From: Gemmatimonadaceae bacterium
GTDB lineage: Bacteria; Gemmatimonadota; Gemmatimonadetes; Gemmatimonadales; Gemmatimonadaceae
Reading direction: 5' to 3'
Assembly (NCBI GenBank): GCA_040901985.1
Contig: JBBDYC010000017.1
Coordinates: 96,001-160,000 of the forward strand
Length of the DNA: 64,000 nucleotides
Position numbers and translations under genes: made by a program. Below, piece after piece: positions 8,296 through 19,677 of the stretch. Under the pieces are notes generated by a model that had not been told where the DNA came from, ran no database searches, and worked only from the letters and a program-made list of their open reading frames with translations. Position 1 is the stretch's first letter, and the number at the start of each line of letters is the position of its first letter.

Positions 8296-10839
8296 TCACT
8301 CCCCCGTGCTCAGCTCAATCTGCTCGTCCGGCCCGCCGTCGCCGCCATTCTCGCCGTTCTCGCCGTTCTCCCCTACGCCCGCCTCGTCCTTGTCGTCCGA
8401 GACCACCCGCGCGATCGCCGCCACCACGTCGCCGAGCTCGAGGTCCTTCAGCTTCACGCCCTGCGCCACCCGGCCCGTCTCGCGGATGTCCTTCACCGCA
8501 CAGCGCAGCGACTGGCCTCCGCGGGTGATCAGCATCAGCCCGTCCTCCGGGAGCACCTCGAGCAGCCCGACGACGTCCCCGGTCCGGTCGGTCCGCTTTA
8601 CCGTCAGGATTCCCTTCCCGCCGCGGCCCTGGACGCGATACTCGTCCACATTGGTGAGCTTGCCGAGCGCGAGCTCGGTGACGACGAGCAGTGCCGCGTC
8701 GCGCTTCACGACGACCATCCCGACCACCCGGTCGGAGGCGGCAAGACTGATCCCCCGCACCCCGGTCGTGTCGCGCCCCATCGCACGCGCATCCTGCTCG
8801 TGAAAGCGGATGCTCAGTCCGTGTCGCGTGACGAGGACGACGTCGTTGGTCCCCGTCGTGATCTGCACGTCCACCAGCTCGTCCCCTTCCTCGAGCTTGA
8901 TCCCCTTGATGCCCGTCGAGCGCACGTTGGAGTAGTCGGAGAGCGCGGTCTTCTTCACCGTGCCGTTGCGCGTGCAGAACATCAGGAACTCGGAGTCCGT
9001 GAACTGCTTCACCGGCACGATCGCCTTCACCGTCGTGTCCGGCGAGACGTTGATCAGGTTGACGATCGGCTTCCCCTTCGTCGCCCGCCCTGCCTCGGGG
9101 ATCTCGTGCACCTTGAGCCAGAAACAGCGGCCATCGTGGGTGAACACGAGGAGATAGTCGTGCGTCTGCGCGACGAAGAGATGCTCGACGAAGTCGTCGG
9201 TGCGCAGCTCCGTCCCCTTCGTCCCCACGCCCCCGCGGCGCTGTTTGCGATAGGTCGAGATGTTGGTGCGCTTGATGTAGCCGGCGTGCGAGATGGTCAC
9301 CACCATCTCCTCGTTCGCAATCAGGTCCTCGATCGAGAACTCGCCCTCGTTGCTCACGATCTCGGTCCGCCGCTCGTCGCCGTACGCGTCCACGAGGCTC
9401 GCCAGCTCTTCCTTCATCGCCTTCATCCGCTTCGGCTTCGACGCCAGCAACGCATCGAGTTCCTTGATCGTCCCGCGGACCTCGCCAAGCTCTTCCTCCA
9501 ACTTCTCGATCTCGAGTCCGGTCAGCTTGGCGAGGCGCATGTTGAGGATCGCCTCGGCCTGCCGCTCCGAGAGTTTGAACCGCGACTGCAGCTGCGTGCT
9601 CGCCGCCGGCGAGTCCTCGGCCGCCCGGATGACCTTGATCACCTCGTCGATGTTGTCAACGGCAATCTTCAGGCCCTCGAGGATGTGCTCGCGCTCCTTC
9701 GCCTTGTCGAGGTCGAACTGCGTCCGGCGGACGATCACCTCGTGCCGGTGGGCGATGTAGTGCTGCAGCACCTCGCGCATCGCCATCACCTTCGGGACGA
9801 GCCGCTTGCTCGTCGGGTCCGGCACCAGCGCCAGCATGATCACGCCGAAGGTGCTCTGCATTGACGTGTGCTTGTAGAGCTGGTTGAGCACCACCCGCGG
9901 GATGGCGTCGCGCTTGAGCTCGATCACGATCCGCGTCTGCGCGTCCGACTCGTCGCGCAGGTCGGAGACCCCCTCGACCTTCTTGTCACGCACCAGATCG
10001 GCGATGCTCGTGACGAGCGTCGCCCGGTTCACCTGGTAGGGGAGCTCGGTGACGACGATCTGCGACTTGTTGGAGGACTCCTTCTCCTCGATCACCGCGC
10101 GGGCGCGCATCACTACCTTGCCGCGTCCCGTCTCGATGTAGTCCTTGATCCCCGCACGGCCATAGATGAACGCGCCGGTCGGGAAGTCGGGACCCTTGAT
10201 GAGGGCGTGGATCTGTTCGGGCGTGAGGTCGGCGTTGTCAATCATCGCCGTCACCGCCGCCGCCACCTCGCGGAGATTGTGCGGTGGGATGTTCGTCGCC
10301 ATTCCCACCGCGATCCCCGACGACCCGTTCACCAGCAGGTTCGGGAACGACGACGGAAGGACCGTCGGCTCCTCGAGCCGGTCGTCGAAGTTCGGCGCGA
10401 AATCGACGGTGTTCTTGTCGATGTCGGTCAGCATCTCCACCGCGATCCGCGTCAGCCGCGACTCGGTGTAGCGGTACGCCGCCGCCGGGTCGCCGTCCAC
10501 CGACCCGAAGTTCCCCTGCCCGTCCACCAGCGGATAGCGCAGCGAGAAGTCCTGCACCATCCGCACGAGCGCGTCGTACACCGACTGGTCGCCGTGGGGA
10601 TGGTACTTGCCGAGCACGTCGCCGACCACCGTTGCCGACTTCTTGTACGGCCGCCCCGGGACCAACCCGAGCTCGTTCATCGCATAGAGGACGCGCCGGT
10701 GCACCGGCTTCAGTCCGTCGCGCACATCAGGCAGCGCGCGCGAGACGATGACACTCATCGAGTAGTTGATGAACGATTCCCGCACCTCGTCCTGGATCAG
10801 CCGGGGGAGGATCCGCTCACGGTTGTTCGGTGCGGTCAT
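8296..10839 (-). CDS. gyrA: DNA gyrase subunit A
   Basis: [22 protein letters not shown], active-site YRYTE, GyrA-box QRRGGVG, and C-terminal pinwheel repeats. Confidence 0.97.
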   Translation of the reverse strand: MTAPNNRERILPRLIQDEVRESFINYSMSVIVSRALPDVRDGLKPVHRRVLYAMNELGLVPGRPYKKSATVVGDVLGKYHPHGDQSVYDALVRMVQDFSLRYPLVDGQGNFGSVDGDPAAAYRYTESRLTRIAVEMLTDIDKNTVDFAPNFDDRLEEPTVLPSSFPNLLVNGSSGIAVGMATNIPPHNLREVAAAVTAMIDNADLTPEQIHALIKGPDFPTGAFIYGRAGIKDYIETGRGKVVMRARAVIEEKESSNKSQIVVTELPYQVNRATLVTSIADLVRDKKVEGVSDLRDESDAQTRIVIELKRDAIPRVVLNQLYKHTSMQSTFGVIMLALVPDPTSKRLVPKVMAMREVLQHYIAHRHEVIVRRTQFDLDKAKEREHILEGLKIAVDNIDEVIKVIRAAEDSPAASTQLQSRFKLSERQAEAILNMRLAKLTGLEIEKLEEELGEVRGTIKELDALLASKPKRMKAMKEELASLVDAYGDERRTEIVSNEGEFSIEDLIANEEMVVTISHAGYIKRTNISTYRKQRRGGVGTKGTELRTDDFVEHLFVAQTHDYLLVFTHDGRCFWLKVHEIPEAGRATKGKPIVNLINVSPDTTVKAIVPVKQFTDSEFLMFCTRNGTVKKTALSDYSNVRSTGIKGIKLEEGDELVDVQITTGTNDVVLVTRHGLSIRFHEQDARAMGRDTTGVRGISLAASDRVVGMVVVKRDAALLVVTELALGKLTNVDEYRVQGRGGKGILTVKRTDRTGDVVGLLEVLPEDGLMLITRGGQSLRCAVKDIRETGRVAQGVKLKDLELGDVVAAIARVVSDDKDEAGVGENGENGENGGDGGPDEQIELSTGE

Positions 10840-10936
10840 GGGAGGGGCAGGGGGGTGTGGAATTGCGCGCCGCGCAGACCCCGAAATCTAGCCCATTGCC
10901 GGGCGTCCAACAACGCATTTTCCGCTCTGCCGAACG

Positions 10937-11629
10937 TCAGGTCTGGTCCCGATTCTCCCGCGCGACCGCTTCCCGCTCGGACGTCCACCGGTCGTACCAT
11001 CGGCGCGTGACCTCGCCGGCCAACTCGCGGTTGCCGAGCCCGAACGAGAGCGCCAGCGCCAGCGCGACCGCGCCGAAGATGATCGCGAACGCCGTCGTCA
11101 CGATCCCCGTCGCCACCCCCAGTTCCTGGAGCGCCATGAAGACCGCGAGCACCACCACGCCCGCCTTGCCGAGCCGTGCCAGCGTCGCGCCGCCATAGAG
11201 CGCGCCGGTGGACGCCGCCACGAGCGCCGCCACCAGGTCGCCCAGCACGAGGCCGAGGATCACGATCACCACCGCGGCAATCACGCTCGGCACGTAGCTC
11301 AGCAGCTCCGAGAACGCCCGCCCGAGGTAGTCGATCCCGAGCGTGTCCGCCGCGACCAGCATCGCCGTGAAGAGGATGAACCAGAACACCACGTTCGCGA
11401 TCACGCGCGTCGGATTCAGCGGCGTGCCGTGCGCACCGAGCGGCGGCCGCACCCCGCCCTTCTCCAGCGCTTCGTCGAGGTGGACGCGTTGCAGCAGCCG
11501 CTGCACCGTCCGCTGCCCGAGTCGGGCGAGGAAGAAACCCACCGTGAGCACCACCGCCGCACCGAACAGCGACGGCGCGAACTCCCAGAGACGATAGAGA
11601 CTCTCCCGCAGGCGATCGAAGAACGTCAT
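10937..11629 (-). CDS. Mechanosensitive-channel-associated TM-helix protein (CmpX/MscS-like)
   Basis: Multi-TM protein with YVPSVIAA and ALALSFGLGNRELAG motifs. Confidence 0.75.
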   Translation of the reverse strand: MTFFDRLRESLYRLWEFAPSLFGAAVVLTVGFFLARLGQRTVQRLLQRVHLDEALEKGGVRPPLGAHGTPLNPTRVIANVVFWFILFTAMLVAADTLGIDYLGRAFSELLSYVPSVIAAVVIVILGLVLGDLVAALVAASTGALYGGATLARLGKAGVVVLAVFMALQELGVATGIVTTAFAIIFGAVALALALSFGLGNRELAGEVTRRWYDRWTSEREAVARENRDQT

Positions 11630-11658
11630 CGGGTCAATGGCCCTCGGCAGGCCGGAGG

Positions 11659-12807
11659 CTAGAAGGTGAACCGCACGATCGAATGTGCGCCGGGGGCGCG
11701 CGCCGCCACCGCGGCCGCCCCCAGCGGGTTGAACTCGACGCGCCCGAGCAGGTACTGCCGCCCCTCGTCACGCCGCGGGGCCACGTACCGCTCGGTGAGG
11801 ATGACGCCTCCGAGTCCGCCCAGCGACGCGAGGGCGAGGGTCAGCGACGCGCCTCGCTCCGCCTCCCCGGCGATCAAGACGCCCACGCCGATGCCCATCA
11901 GGCCACCCGCCAAGCTGCCGAGCGACACCAGCGTCCCATCGGCCGTCGTGTGATCGTATTGGCGGACGAGCCAGCGGTCGGCCGCCCAGATCCCGCCGAG
12001 CCCGCCGACGAGAATCGTCGCCGCCACCGCCTGCCGGCTCGGTTCCGCCTCGGCGATGATTGCCCAGACCGTCGTCGTGCCGAGCGAGGCGCCCACCCAG
12101 AGCAGCATCGCGTCGCCCGGAGTCACTTCGTAGAACGCAGTCGCCGCGTAGCGGTTGCCCAACGCGTATCCAACCCAGCCGAGCGCCGTGGAGGCCAACC
12201 GACGCGTCTGTCGGCTGATGCCGCGGCCATCATAGTCTGTCGGGTCGATGATGTAGCCAATCAGCAGCGCCGAAACATAGGCGACGTCGTGACCGACGAC
12301 CATCGAGACCGCCTCTCCCTCCGTGCGGCCGCGACCGAGCACCAGCCCCGTCGCCGTCCCGCCAACGCCGCCGAGCAGCGTCAACGCCGCGGCCGGTCGC
12401 CGGTCCAGGTCGAGCACACTGGCAAGCTCGAGGCCGTTGAGCGTGCCGCGCCAGGCCATCCGCGACGAGAGGAACTGGCGCGACGGCGTGATCACCGCCC
12501 GCCGCGCAATCTCGTTCGCCGCAAAGAACGACCCGCCCGCCAGCACGAAGTACGCCGCGGTCGCGGTCACCGCATCGTCCGCCACCATCGCCGAGAATGC
12601 CGGCCCGTACACCGTGAGGCCCAAGATGGTCTGGGACCGCACGAACGCCGTCCGCAGCTCGCGGGAGGTCACGGTCGCGGTGTCGCGCGGCGCCTGGCGT
12701 TCGACGCTGTCGGTGCCGAAATCGAGCCGGCGCGGCGGCTCCTCCTGCGCCATCGCCGCCGGGGCGATGCAGAAGAGGACCGCGAGCGCGCGGAGGAGTG
12801 GTCGCAT
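11659..12807 (-). CDS. Gly/Ala-rich membrane or outer-membrane hypothetical protein
   Basis: Signal peptide from ATG 12807 (alternative 12816), many glycine-zipper-like helices, and a C-terminal RFTF. Confidence 0.7.
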   Translation of the reverse strand: MRPLLRALAVLFCIAPAAMAQEEPPRRLDFGTDSVERQAPRDTATVTSRELRTAFVRSQTILGLTVYGPAFSAMVADDAVTATAAYFVLAGGSFFAANEIARRAVITPSRQFLSSRMAWRGTLNGLELASVLDLDRRPAAALTLLGGVGGTATGLVLGRGRTEGEAVSMVVGHDVAYVSALLIGYIIDPTDYDGRGISRQTRRLASTALGWVGYALGNRYAATAFYEVTPGDAMLLWVGASLGTTTVWAIIAEAEPSRQAVAATILVGGLGGIWAADRWLVRQYDHTTADGTLVSLGSLAGGLMGIGVGVLIAGEAERGASLTLALASLGGLGGVILTERYVAPRRDEGRQYLLGRVEFNPLGAAAVAARAPGAHSIVRFTF

Positions 12808-12833
12808 GTTCCTCATAATGTACTTGGGCCCCT

Positions 12834-13058
12834 TCAGTTCCGCGTGCCGCGCTTCAGGTCGAACAGCACGCTCCGCCGGCAGGTCGGGCAGAGGAGCCAT
12901 TCGCGCTTGCGCGCGTAGCCGAGCCCGAAGCTCCCGCCGCCGATCGCGCGCTCGTGCATCCGCACCGCGCAGCGCGGGCACTCCGCGTGCCCGTCGCGCG
13001 CGTACGCCTCGCGCACCGCGCGTTCCTCGTCGGCGTCGAACCGGGCGCGCTCAGTCAT
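12834..13058 (-). CDS. Small zinc-ribbon protein (74 aa)
   Basis: MTERARF...CPRC...CPTC. The start overlaps the stop of the upstream dehydrogenase. Confidence 0.7.
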   Translation of the reverse strand: MTERARFDADEERAVREAYARDGHAECPRCAVRMHERAIGGGSFGLGYARKREWLLCPTCRRSVLFDLKRGTRN

Positions 13059-14094
13059 CGCCAACCGCCAGCACAAGCTTGCCGAACTGCTCGCCCCCCG
13101 CCAGTCGCTCGAACGCCGCGCGTCCCTCGGCGAGTGGCCGCACTGAATCCACCGGCGGGAACAGGCGCCCCGCCGAGAGCTCGGCGACGATCGCGTCGAA
13201 CTCGGCGTCGTTCCCCATCGTCGAGCCGAGAATGGACCATTGGTTCCAGAACAGGCGTCGGACATCCATCTCCAGCGTCGTCCCCGACGTGCCGCCGCAC
13301 GTCACCAGCCGGCCGCCGCGCGCCAGCGCGTGCAGCGACTGCCCCCAGGTGCGTTCGCCCACCGAGTCGAGCACCACGTCCACCCCGCGCTTGCCGGTGC
13401 GCTCGCGCACCGCGCGCCCGACATCGAGCGCGCCGTGGTCGAGCAACTCGTCGGCGCCGAGCGCGTGCGCCCGCTCGAGCTTCTCGGCGCTCGACGATGT
13501 CACCCAGACGCGCGCGCCGCGCGCCTTGCAGATCTGCAACGCCGCCTGCGCCACCCCGCCGCCGATCCCCCAGATCAACACCTCGTCTCCGGCACGGACC
13601 TTGGCGCGCGTCACGCACATCCGCCACGCGGTGAGCGTCACCAGCGTGAACGCCGCCGCCACCGCGTCCGGCACGTCGGCGGGAATCCGGCGCACATTCG
13701 CCGCTGGTACCACCACGAACTCGGCGAAGGTGCCCGCTCGGTGCTCGCCGAGGAGCAGGTAGCGGATGCAGAGCGAGTGCTCGCCGGCGCGACAGAACTC
13801 GCAGGCCCGGCAGGAGATCCCGCCGTTGATCACCACCCGGTCGCCGACGGCGACGCCCGTGACGCCCGTCGCGACCGCCTCGACCTCGCCGGTACCGTCG
13901 GCGCCGAGAATCCAAGGCGGTGTGATCGTGATGCCTGGCAGGCCGCCGACCGTCCAGAGGTCGAGTCGGTTGAGCGCCACCGCCCGCAGCCGGACCCGCA
14001 CGTCATCCGGCGCGCGCAATGCGGGGACCGGAACGTCCTCTCGATATCGCACCTGCTCCGGCCCGCCGTGCGCTTCAATGGTCAACGCTCGCAC
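13051..14094 (-). CDS. Zn-binding MDR alcohol dehydrogenase / quinone oxidoreductase
   Basis: CRACEFC..C structural Zn site, GIGGGV Rossmann motif, and a strong SD (GGAGGAGG). Confidence 0.9.
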   Translation of the reverse strand: MRALTIEAHGGPEQVRYREDVPVPALRAPDDVRVRLRAVALNRLDLWTVGGLPGITITPPWILGADGTGEVEAVATGVTGVAVGDRVVINGGISCRACEFCRAGEHSLCIRYLLLGEHRAGTFAEFVVVPAANVRRIPADVPDAVAAAFTLVTLTAWRMCVTRAKVRAGDEVLIWGIGGGVAQAALQICKARGARVWVTSSSAEKLERAHALGADELLDHGALDVGRAVRERTGKRGVDVVLDSVGERTWGQSLHALARGGRLVTCGGTSGTTLEMDVRRLFWNQWSILGSTMGNDAEFDAIVAELSAGRLFPPVDSVRPLAEGRAAFERLAGGEQFGKLVLAVGDD

Positions 14095-14122
14095 CGCTAC
14101 CTCCTCCCGCTATATTTGCAGC

Positions 14123-15355
14123 ATGATCGAGATCAAGGTGCCGCCACTCGGGGAATCGATCACCGAAGCGACCGTGTCCCGCTGGCTCAAGCAGGAGGGC
14201 GAGGCCGTCGCCGTCGGCGATACCCTCGTCGAGCTGGAGACCGATAAGATCACCGTTGAGGTGCCCGCGCTCAATGCCGGCGTGCTCGTGAAGCGCCTGA
14301 AGGCCGAGGGGGACGTCGTGCATCTGGCCGAGCCCCTTGCCCAACTCGATGATACTGCCGGCGCGACCGCAACGGTGAAGCCGGTTGCAGCACCAGCGCC
14401 CGCCGCACCAACGCCCGCCGCACCAGCGCCCGCCGCACCAGCGCCCGCCGCGTCGGCGCCGAGCACCGACGTCCGTGCCGCGCCTTCCGCGACCAAGCTG
14501 GCCGCCGAGCAAGGCGTGAACGTCGAGCAGGTCGCCGGCACCGGCCGCGGGGGCGTGGTCAGCAAGCCCGACGTGATTGCCGCGATGGACGCGCGCCGAG
14601 CCGCGCCCGCCGCCCCGCCACCCGCCGCCCCCGCCGCACCGCCGCGGCCCGCCGGTGAGCGCGAGACACGCGAGAAGATGACGACGCGCCGCAAGCGCAT
14701 CGCCGAGAATCTTCTGCAATCGCAGCACGCCACCGCGCGCCTGACGACCTTCAATGAGATTGATATGTCGGCGGTCTCGGGCCTCCGTGACCGGATGAAG
14801 GAGAAGGTGGAGAAGGAGCACGGCGTGAAGCTCAGCTACATGCCCTTCTTCGCCAAGGCGACCTGCATCGCGCTCAAGGCCTTCCCGGTGATCAACGCGC
14901 AGGTGGATGGCGAGGAGATCCTTTACAAGCACTACGTCAATCTCGGGATTGCCGTCGCCAGCGAGGCCGGCCTCGTCGTCCCGAACATCAAGGACGCCGA
15001 TCGCCTTGGGATGATCGGCTTCAGTCGCGCCATCAGCGCCGTCGCCAAGCGCGCCCGCGACGGCAAGCTGACGATGGACGACCTTACCGGCGGCTCGTTC
15101 ACGATCACCAACGGCGGCGTCTTCGGCTCGCTCCTGTCAACGCCGATCATCAACTATCCGCAGGTCGCGATCCTCGGGCTCCACAAGATCCAGGACCGCC
15201 CGATCGCGCTCGACGGACAGGTTGCGGTCCGGCCGATGATGTACGTCGCGCTCAGCTACGACCATCGAATCATTGACGGCCAGCAAGCGGTCCTCTTCCT
15301 CGTCCGCCTCAAGGAGCTGATGGAAGACCCCGCGACGATGCTGATCGACGACTGA
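14123..15355 (+). CDS. sucB: 2-oxoglutarate dehydrogenase E2 (dihydrolipoamide succinyltransferase)
   Basis: Lipoyl domain ETDKI, E3-binding [16 protein letters not shown], and DHRIIDG. Confidence 0.95.
   Translation: MIEIKVPPLGESITEATVSRWLKQEGEAVAVGDTLVELETDKITVEVPALNAGVLVKRLKAEGDVVHLAEPLAQLDDTAGATATVKPVAAPAPAAPTPAAPAPAAPAPAASAPSTDVRAAPSATKLAAEQGVNVEQVAGTGRGGVVSKPDVIAAMDARRAAPAAPPPAAPAAPPRPAGERETREKMTTRRKRIAENLLQSQHATARLTTFNEIDMSAVSGLRDRMKEKVEKEHGVKLSYMPFFAKATCIALKAFPVINAQVDGEEILYKHYVNLGIAVASEAGLVVPNIKDADRLGMIGFSRAISAVAKRARDGKLTMDDLTGGSFTITNGGVFGSLLSTPIINYPQVAILGLHKIQDRPIALDGQVAVRPMMYVALSYDHRIIDGQQAVLFLVRLKELMEDPATMLIDD
14390..14449 (+). repeat. 15-bp tandem repeat x4 (APAPA linker of SucB)
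   Basis: GCACCAGCGCCCGCC occurs four times, with one substitution. Confidence 0.85.
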
Positions 15356-15356
15356 G

Positions 15357-16772
15357 ATGACCGCCACCCCGCTGACCCCCGACGTCGTCGTCATCGGCGG
15401 CGGTCCGGGCGGCTACGTCGCCTCGATCCGCGCCGCGCAGCTCGGCCTCTCCGTCGTCTGCGTCGAGTTCGAGCGGACCCTCGGCGGCACCTGCGTGAAT
15501 GTCGGGTGCATCCCGTCAAAGGCGCTGCTCGGCTCCTCCGAACATTACGAGTGGGCGCAGAAGCACGCCGGCGCGCACGGCGTCAAGCTCGAGGGCATCG
15601 GCCTCGACCTCGCGCAGATGATGAAGCGCAAGGACGATGTCGTCGCGCAGAACACCCGCGGCGTCGAATTCCTCTTCAAGAAGAACAAGGTCACCTGGGC
15701 GAAGGGAGTCGGCACCTTGCGGCCGGGGAACGTCGTCGAGGTGAAGGCGATGGACGGCACGCTGACGACCTACCGGCCGCGACACGTCATCATCGCCACC
15801 GGATCGGTGCCGGTCACGCTCCCCTTCTTCCCGTTCGACGAGGAGCGGGTCCTCTCGAACGTCGGCGCCCTGCGAATCCCCGAGGTGCCCCAGCACCTCG
15901 TCGTGATCGGCGGCGGCGTGATCGGCCTCGAGCTCGGCTCGGTCTGGCGACGGCTCGGCACCCAGGTCACCGTCGTCGAGTTCATGCCGACGATCCTGCC
16001 GGGGAACGACGACGACATCATCAAGGAGGCGGCGAAGGTCTTCGCCCGGCAAGGCCTCGAGCTGCACACGGCGACCAAGGTCGTGGACGGACGCCGGGAC
16101 GGCAGGCGCGTCATCGTCGAGACCGAGCGGTTGGCGGACGGCGGAAGGCAGACCTTCGAGGCCGACTACCTGCTGGTCTCGATCGGTCGCCAACCGGCGC
16201 TGACCGGCGTGGATGCCGCCGCACTTGGGCTCGCGCTCGGCCGCCGCGGCGAGATCGTCGTGGACGACCAGATGCGGACCAACCTGCCGAACGTCTTCGC
16301 CATCGGCGATGCCGTCGGCGGAAAGCTCCTCGCGCACAAGGCGGAGGAAGAGGGCGTGATCGCCGCCGAGGTGATTGCCGGCCGGGCCGCGCATATGCAC
16401 TACCACAACATGCCGGCGGTGGTCTACACCTGGCCCGAGATCGCGACCGCCGGCATAACCGAGGCCGAGGCAAAGGCCGCCGGCCGCGCCGTGAAGATTG
16501 GCAAGTTCCCCTTCTCGGCCAACGGCCGCGCGCGCACGATGGCGAACACCGACGGCTTCGTGAAGTTCGTGACCGATGCGCGCACCGACGAGATCCTCGG
16601 CTGCCATATGATCGGTCCCAACGTCAGCGACCTACTGGCCGCGGTCGTGCTGGCGATGGAGTACCGCGGCACCGCCGACGACATCGGCGAGACGGTCCAC
16701 TCCCACCCGACGTTGGGCGAAGCGGTGAAGGAAGCCGCGCTCGGCGCGCTCGGCCGCGCGATACACCTCTAG
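15357..16772 (+). CDS. lpdA: Dihydrolipoamide dehydrogenase (E3)
   Basis: GGGPGGY, GGTCVNVGCIPSK and HPTLGE motifs. Confidence 0.96.
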   Translation: MTATPLTPDVVVIGGGPGGYVASIRAAQLGLSVVCVEFERTLGGTCVNVGCIPSKALLGSSEHYEWAQKHAGAHGVKLEGIGLDLAQMMKRKDDVVAQNTRGVEFLFKKNKVTWAKGVGTLRPGNVVEVKAMDGTLTTYRPRHVIIATGSVPVTLPFFPFDEERVLSNVGALRIPEVPQHLVVIGGGVIGLELGSVWRRLGTQVTVVEFMPTILPGNDDDIIKEAAKVFARQGLELHTATKVVDGRRDGRRVIVETERLADGGRQTFEADYLLVSIGRQPALTGVDAAALGLALGRRGEIVVDDQMRTNLPNVFAIGDAVGGKLLAHKAEEEGVIAAEVIAGRAAHMHYHNMPAVVYTWPEIATAGITEAEAKAAGRAVKIGKFPFSANGRARTMANTDGFVKFVTDARTDEILGCHMIGPNVSDLLAAVVLAMEYRGTADDIGETVHSHPTLGEAVKEAALGALGRAIHL

Positions 16773-16777
16773 GAACG

Positions 16778-17302
16778 TCAGAGGTAGCGTTCCTGGATGA
16801 TCCCGAGATGGTGAAGCAGGTGGCCCGCACTGATCCAGGCGAGCGCGCGCACGCTGACCTCGGCGCCACTCGCGGTGCCGCGCCGCGTCCACGCCCCGGC
16901 CGGCAGGCCGCTGAAGAGCGTCACGGTGGACTCGCGGACGGACTCAAACTCGTCGAGGATGGATTCGAGCGGCCGCACCGCGGCGCCGCTCATCGGCGCG
17001 TAGGCATTCTCGTCCCAGCCGGGCAGCGGCGTCGCGTCGCCGCGCCCGATCCGCAGCGCGCGGTAGGCGAAGATTCGCTCGGCGTCGGCGCAATGGAGGA
17101 CAACCTCCTTGAGCGTCCACTTGCCCGGCGCGTAGGCCCGCCCGGCGACGCTCTCGCTGAGGTCGCTGAGCAGCGCCGCCGCGATCTCGGCTCCACCGAT
17201 CAGCGCCTCGACGACGTCCCCGTCCGGCACTTGCGCGATGTAGCCGGCATAGAACGGCGCGAACTCGTCGGCGCTGGGACGGATCCTGCGGTGGGCGCTC
17301 AC
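16778..17302 (-). CDS. DinB/YfiT-family protein
   Basis: YAPGKWTLKEVVLH and GHLLHH motifs. Confidence 0.85.
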   Translation of the reverse strand: MSAHRRIRPSADEFAPFYAGYIAQVPDGDVVEALIGGAEIAAALLSDLSESVAGRAYAPGKWTLKEVVLHCADAERIFAYRALRIGRGDATPLPGWDENAYAPMSGAAVRPLESILDEFESVRESTVTLFSGLPAGAWTRRGTASGAEVSVRALAWISAGHLLHHLGIIQERYL

Positions 17303-17367
17303 GGGCGGGGCTCAGGGAGGGGAGGTGCCCGAAGAATCTATCCTCCCGGCCGGCGACCCGCCCAACG

Positions 17368-17399
17368 AAAAAGGCCGACCCCCGCCTGGGGGCCGGCCT
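17368..17399 (-). terminator. Intrinsic terminator after the ECF sigma operon
   Basis: GC stem AGGCCGACCCC/GGGGCCGGCCT (one G-U pair) followed on the minus strand by a U5 run. Confidence 0.7.
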
Positions 17400-17416
17400 C
17401 GGCGCGGTCGCGGCGG

Positions 17417-17716
17417 TCAGTCGTCGGCCAGCTTCGCCAGGATCTGCCTGGTCACGTGCGCCGGTGTCACCATCTTCCGGCGCTTCCCGGCCTCGGCGCT
17501 GATCCGCTTCCAGAGCTCGAGTTCGCGCTCGGCACCCGAAAGGGCCGAGTCCGACACCTGATCTCCGTCGAGGTACGCGTGCACGGCCGTCGAGAGCTCG
17601 CTCGCCGGGAGCGGCACCTCGCGGTCCGCAGCCGACGGCTCGGCTGGCGCCGGGGGGCGCGTCTCGGCCGCGCGCTCGGGAGCCGCGTCACGCGGGTCTT
17701 GGGGATCAAGCTTCAC
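17417..17716 (-). CDS. Small soluble protein, putative anti-sigma factor
   Basis: GTGA overlap with the sigma gene. The AVHAYLDG motif resembles the N-terminus of anti-sigma domains. Confidence 0.65.
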   Translation of the reverse strand: MKLDPQDPRDAAPERAAETRPPAPAEPSAADREVPLPASELSTAVHAYLDGDQVSDSALSGAERELELWKRISAEAGKRRKMVTPAHVTRQILAKLADD

Positions 17717-18285
17717 GAGTACCGTTCCTCCAGGAGCTTTTGCAGCGCCTCACGGGCGCGGTGGACACGCATCTTCAGGGCACCGACTGTCGCGTCGAGC
17801 AACACGGCCATCTCTTCGTACGACCGTCCCTCGACGTGCTTCATCACAAACGCTTCCCGCAATGAATCCGGCAGGGCCAACAGCGCCGCGTCCAGATCGT
17901 CCCGCAACTCCCCCCGGTCCAACTCCTCATCCGGCGTCTCGAGCGCCGAGGGCTGATCGTCCTCTTCGTAGCTCAAGTGCGTGCGCCGGATGTTCTTGAG
18001 CCAGTCCTTGCACCCATTCGCCACGATCCGGAACACCCACGCATCGAACCGGCCGCGCACCTCGGCGAGGTGATGGAACGCCTTGATGAACGACACCTGC
18101 AGGATGTCCTCCGCGACATCCGCGCTGCCGGTCATCCCGAGGGCGTGGCGGTACAGCGGGTCGCTGTAGCGCTCGATCAAGAGACTGAAGGCGTTGCGGT
18201 CCCCGGCGAGCACGCGGTCAATGACCGCCTGATCGGCATCGAGAAGGTCGTCCTGCGGCGCTGGCTCGGTCGATTTCAGGGGCAC
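17713..18285 (-). CDS. ECF-type RNA polymerase sigma factor
   Basis: Region 2 (AEDILQVSF, WVFRIVANGCKD) and region 4 (SYEEMA..GALKMRVHRAR). GTG start lies 6 nt after TACACT. Confidence 0.9.
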   Translation of the reverse strand: MPLKSTEPAPQDDLLDADQAVIDRVLAGDRNAFSLLIERYSDPLYRHALGMTGSADVAEDILQVSFIKAFHHLAEVRGRFDAWVFRIVANGCKDWLKNIRRTHLSYEEDDQPSALETPDEELDRGELRDDLDAALLALPDSLREAFVMKHVEGRSYEEMAVLLDATVGALKMRVHRAREALQKLLEERYS

Positions 18286-18394
18286 GTCGCTAGTGTAATC
18301 CAACACTCGCGTCGCGGACAGGGCTGAAGCACTGCAGCACGCCCGGCTCGAACCCGGGTCGTCGCATATGAGGGACGAGTAAAAGCGAGCGCCG

Positions 18395-19513
18395 TCACGT
18401 TGCGGCCGCGGCCCCGTTGCCGTCCGACCGAAGGAATGCCACCCAGCCGTCGGCGCGCACCGCGGCGCCGTGCGCATCAAGCCGCGGCGGAGGCCGTCGC
18501 ACGGTGCCCGGCGCCTGGGGCGCGACCCCGGTGAGCGCCGACGCGCCGACCGCCTCCAACGCCTCGAGCACCGGCTTCACCACGCCGCACGGAACGCCCA
18601 CCGCGTCCAGGCGTTCCACCCACTCCGCCGCCGGCCGTGCGGCCACGGCATCGGCGATCGCCGAGACCACCGACTCACGCGCCGCGAGGCGACCGGCGTT
18701 CGTCGCCAGCGCCGGATCCGCCGCCAGCGCCGCGAGGCCCAATGCACGCGCACACGCCGTCCACTGTCCGTCGCTCCCCACCGCGATCACGAGGGGACGG
18801 TCGGCCGCCGCGAAGAGCTGGTACGGCACGAGACTCGGATGCGCGTTCCCCCAGCGTCGGGCGTCGCGCCCGGTGACGAGCGCATTCTGCGCGACATTCG
18901 TGAGTGCCGCCGTCGCCCCGTGGAGCAGCGAGACCACCAAGTGCCGATTCCCGACCCGACCGCCCGCGAGCGCGGCAAGGATGGCGATTGCGGCGTCCTT
19001 GCCGGCAAGCACATCCACCAGTGCGACCCCCGACTTCATCGGCGGGCCCGCCGCTTCGCCCGTGATTGCCATCCATCCGCTCTCGGCCTGCACCACGACG
19101 TCGTAGCCCGGCCGGTTGGACGAAAGGCCGAAGCCAGTGATCGTGCACCAGAGGAGCCGCGGGTGTCGGCCGAGCAACTCGCGGGGGTCGAGACCGTGCC
19201 GTTTGAGCACTCCGGGGCGGAAGTTGTCAATGACCACGTCCGCCTCGCCGATCAACTGCGCCACGAGCGCGCGGTCGGGTGCGTCCCCGAGGTCGGCCGC
19301 GACGCTCAACTTGTTGCGATTCGAAGCCAGGAAGTACGCGCTCTCGCCGCGCGCGTCGAAGGGCGGACCCCAGCCGCGGGTCTCGTCGCCGGTGCCCGGG
19401 CGCTCGATCTTGATGACATCGGCACCCAGATCGCCAAGAATCATCCCAGCGAGCGGCCCGGCGAGAACTCGGGAAAGATCCACTATTCGTACGCCTTGCA
19501 GCGGTAATGGCAT
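18395..19513 (-). CDS. CaiB/BaiF family III CoA-transferase
   Basis: DLSRVLAGP, LGADVIKIE, NRNK, DNFRPG and RPGYD motifs. Confidence 0.92.
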   Translation of the reverse strand: MPLPLQGVRIVDLSRVLAGPLAGMILGDLGADVIKIERPGTGDETRGWGPPFDARGESAYFLASNRNKLSVAADLGDAPDRALVAQLIGEADVVIDNFRPGVLKRHGLDPRELLGRHPRLLWCTITGFGLSSNRPGYDVVVQAESGWMAITGEAAGPPMKSGVALVDVLAGKDAAIAILAALAGGRVGNRHLVVSLLHGATAALTNVAQNALVTGRDARRWGNAHPSLVPYQLFAAADRPLVIAVGSDGQWTACARALGLAALAADPALATNAGRLAARESVVSAIADAVAARPAAEWVERLDAVGVPCGVVKPVLEALEAVGASALTGVAPQAPGTVRRPPPRLDAHGAAVRADGWVAFLRSDGNGAAAAT

Positions 19514-19677
19514 TATGGTCGCTCGATAGTGTCTTTATGTTGTTCTAACAACGCCGAACGAAAAACCCGAAAAATGGGCTAAATTCCTATCGTTCAGTCA
19601 CTTGCGTAGCTCACAAAAAATCATATACTTGCGCCCGTTCATCTCGCGCAGCACCTCGCAACAGGACAGCCCTACTA

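Noticed and set aside
8296..10839. parC instead of gyrA (no adjacent gyrB)
   Set aside because: A GyrA-box (QRRGGVG) and a full C-terminal domain are present.
19518..19545. Chromosomal dif site (CGATAG...TTATGTT)
   Set aside because: The spacer is 5 rather than 6 bp and the arms match poorly. It is more likely just an AT-rich divergent promoter.
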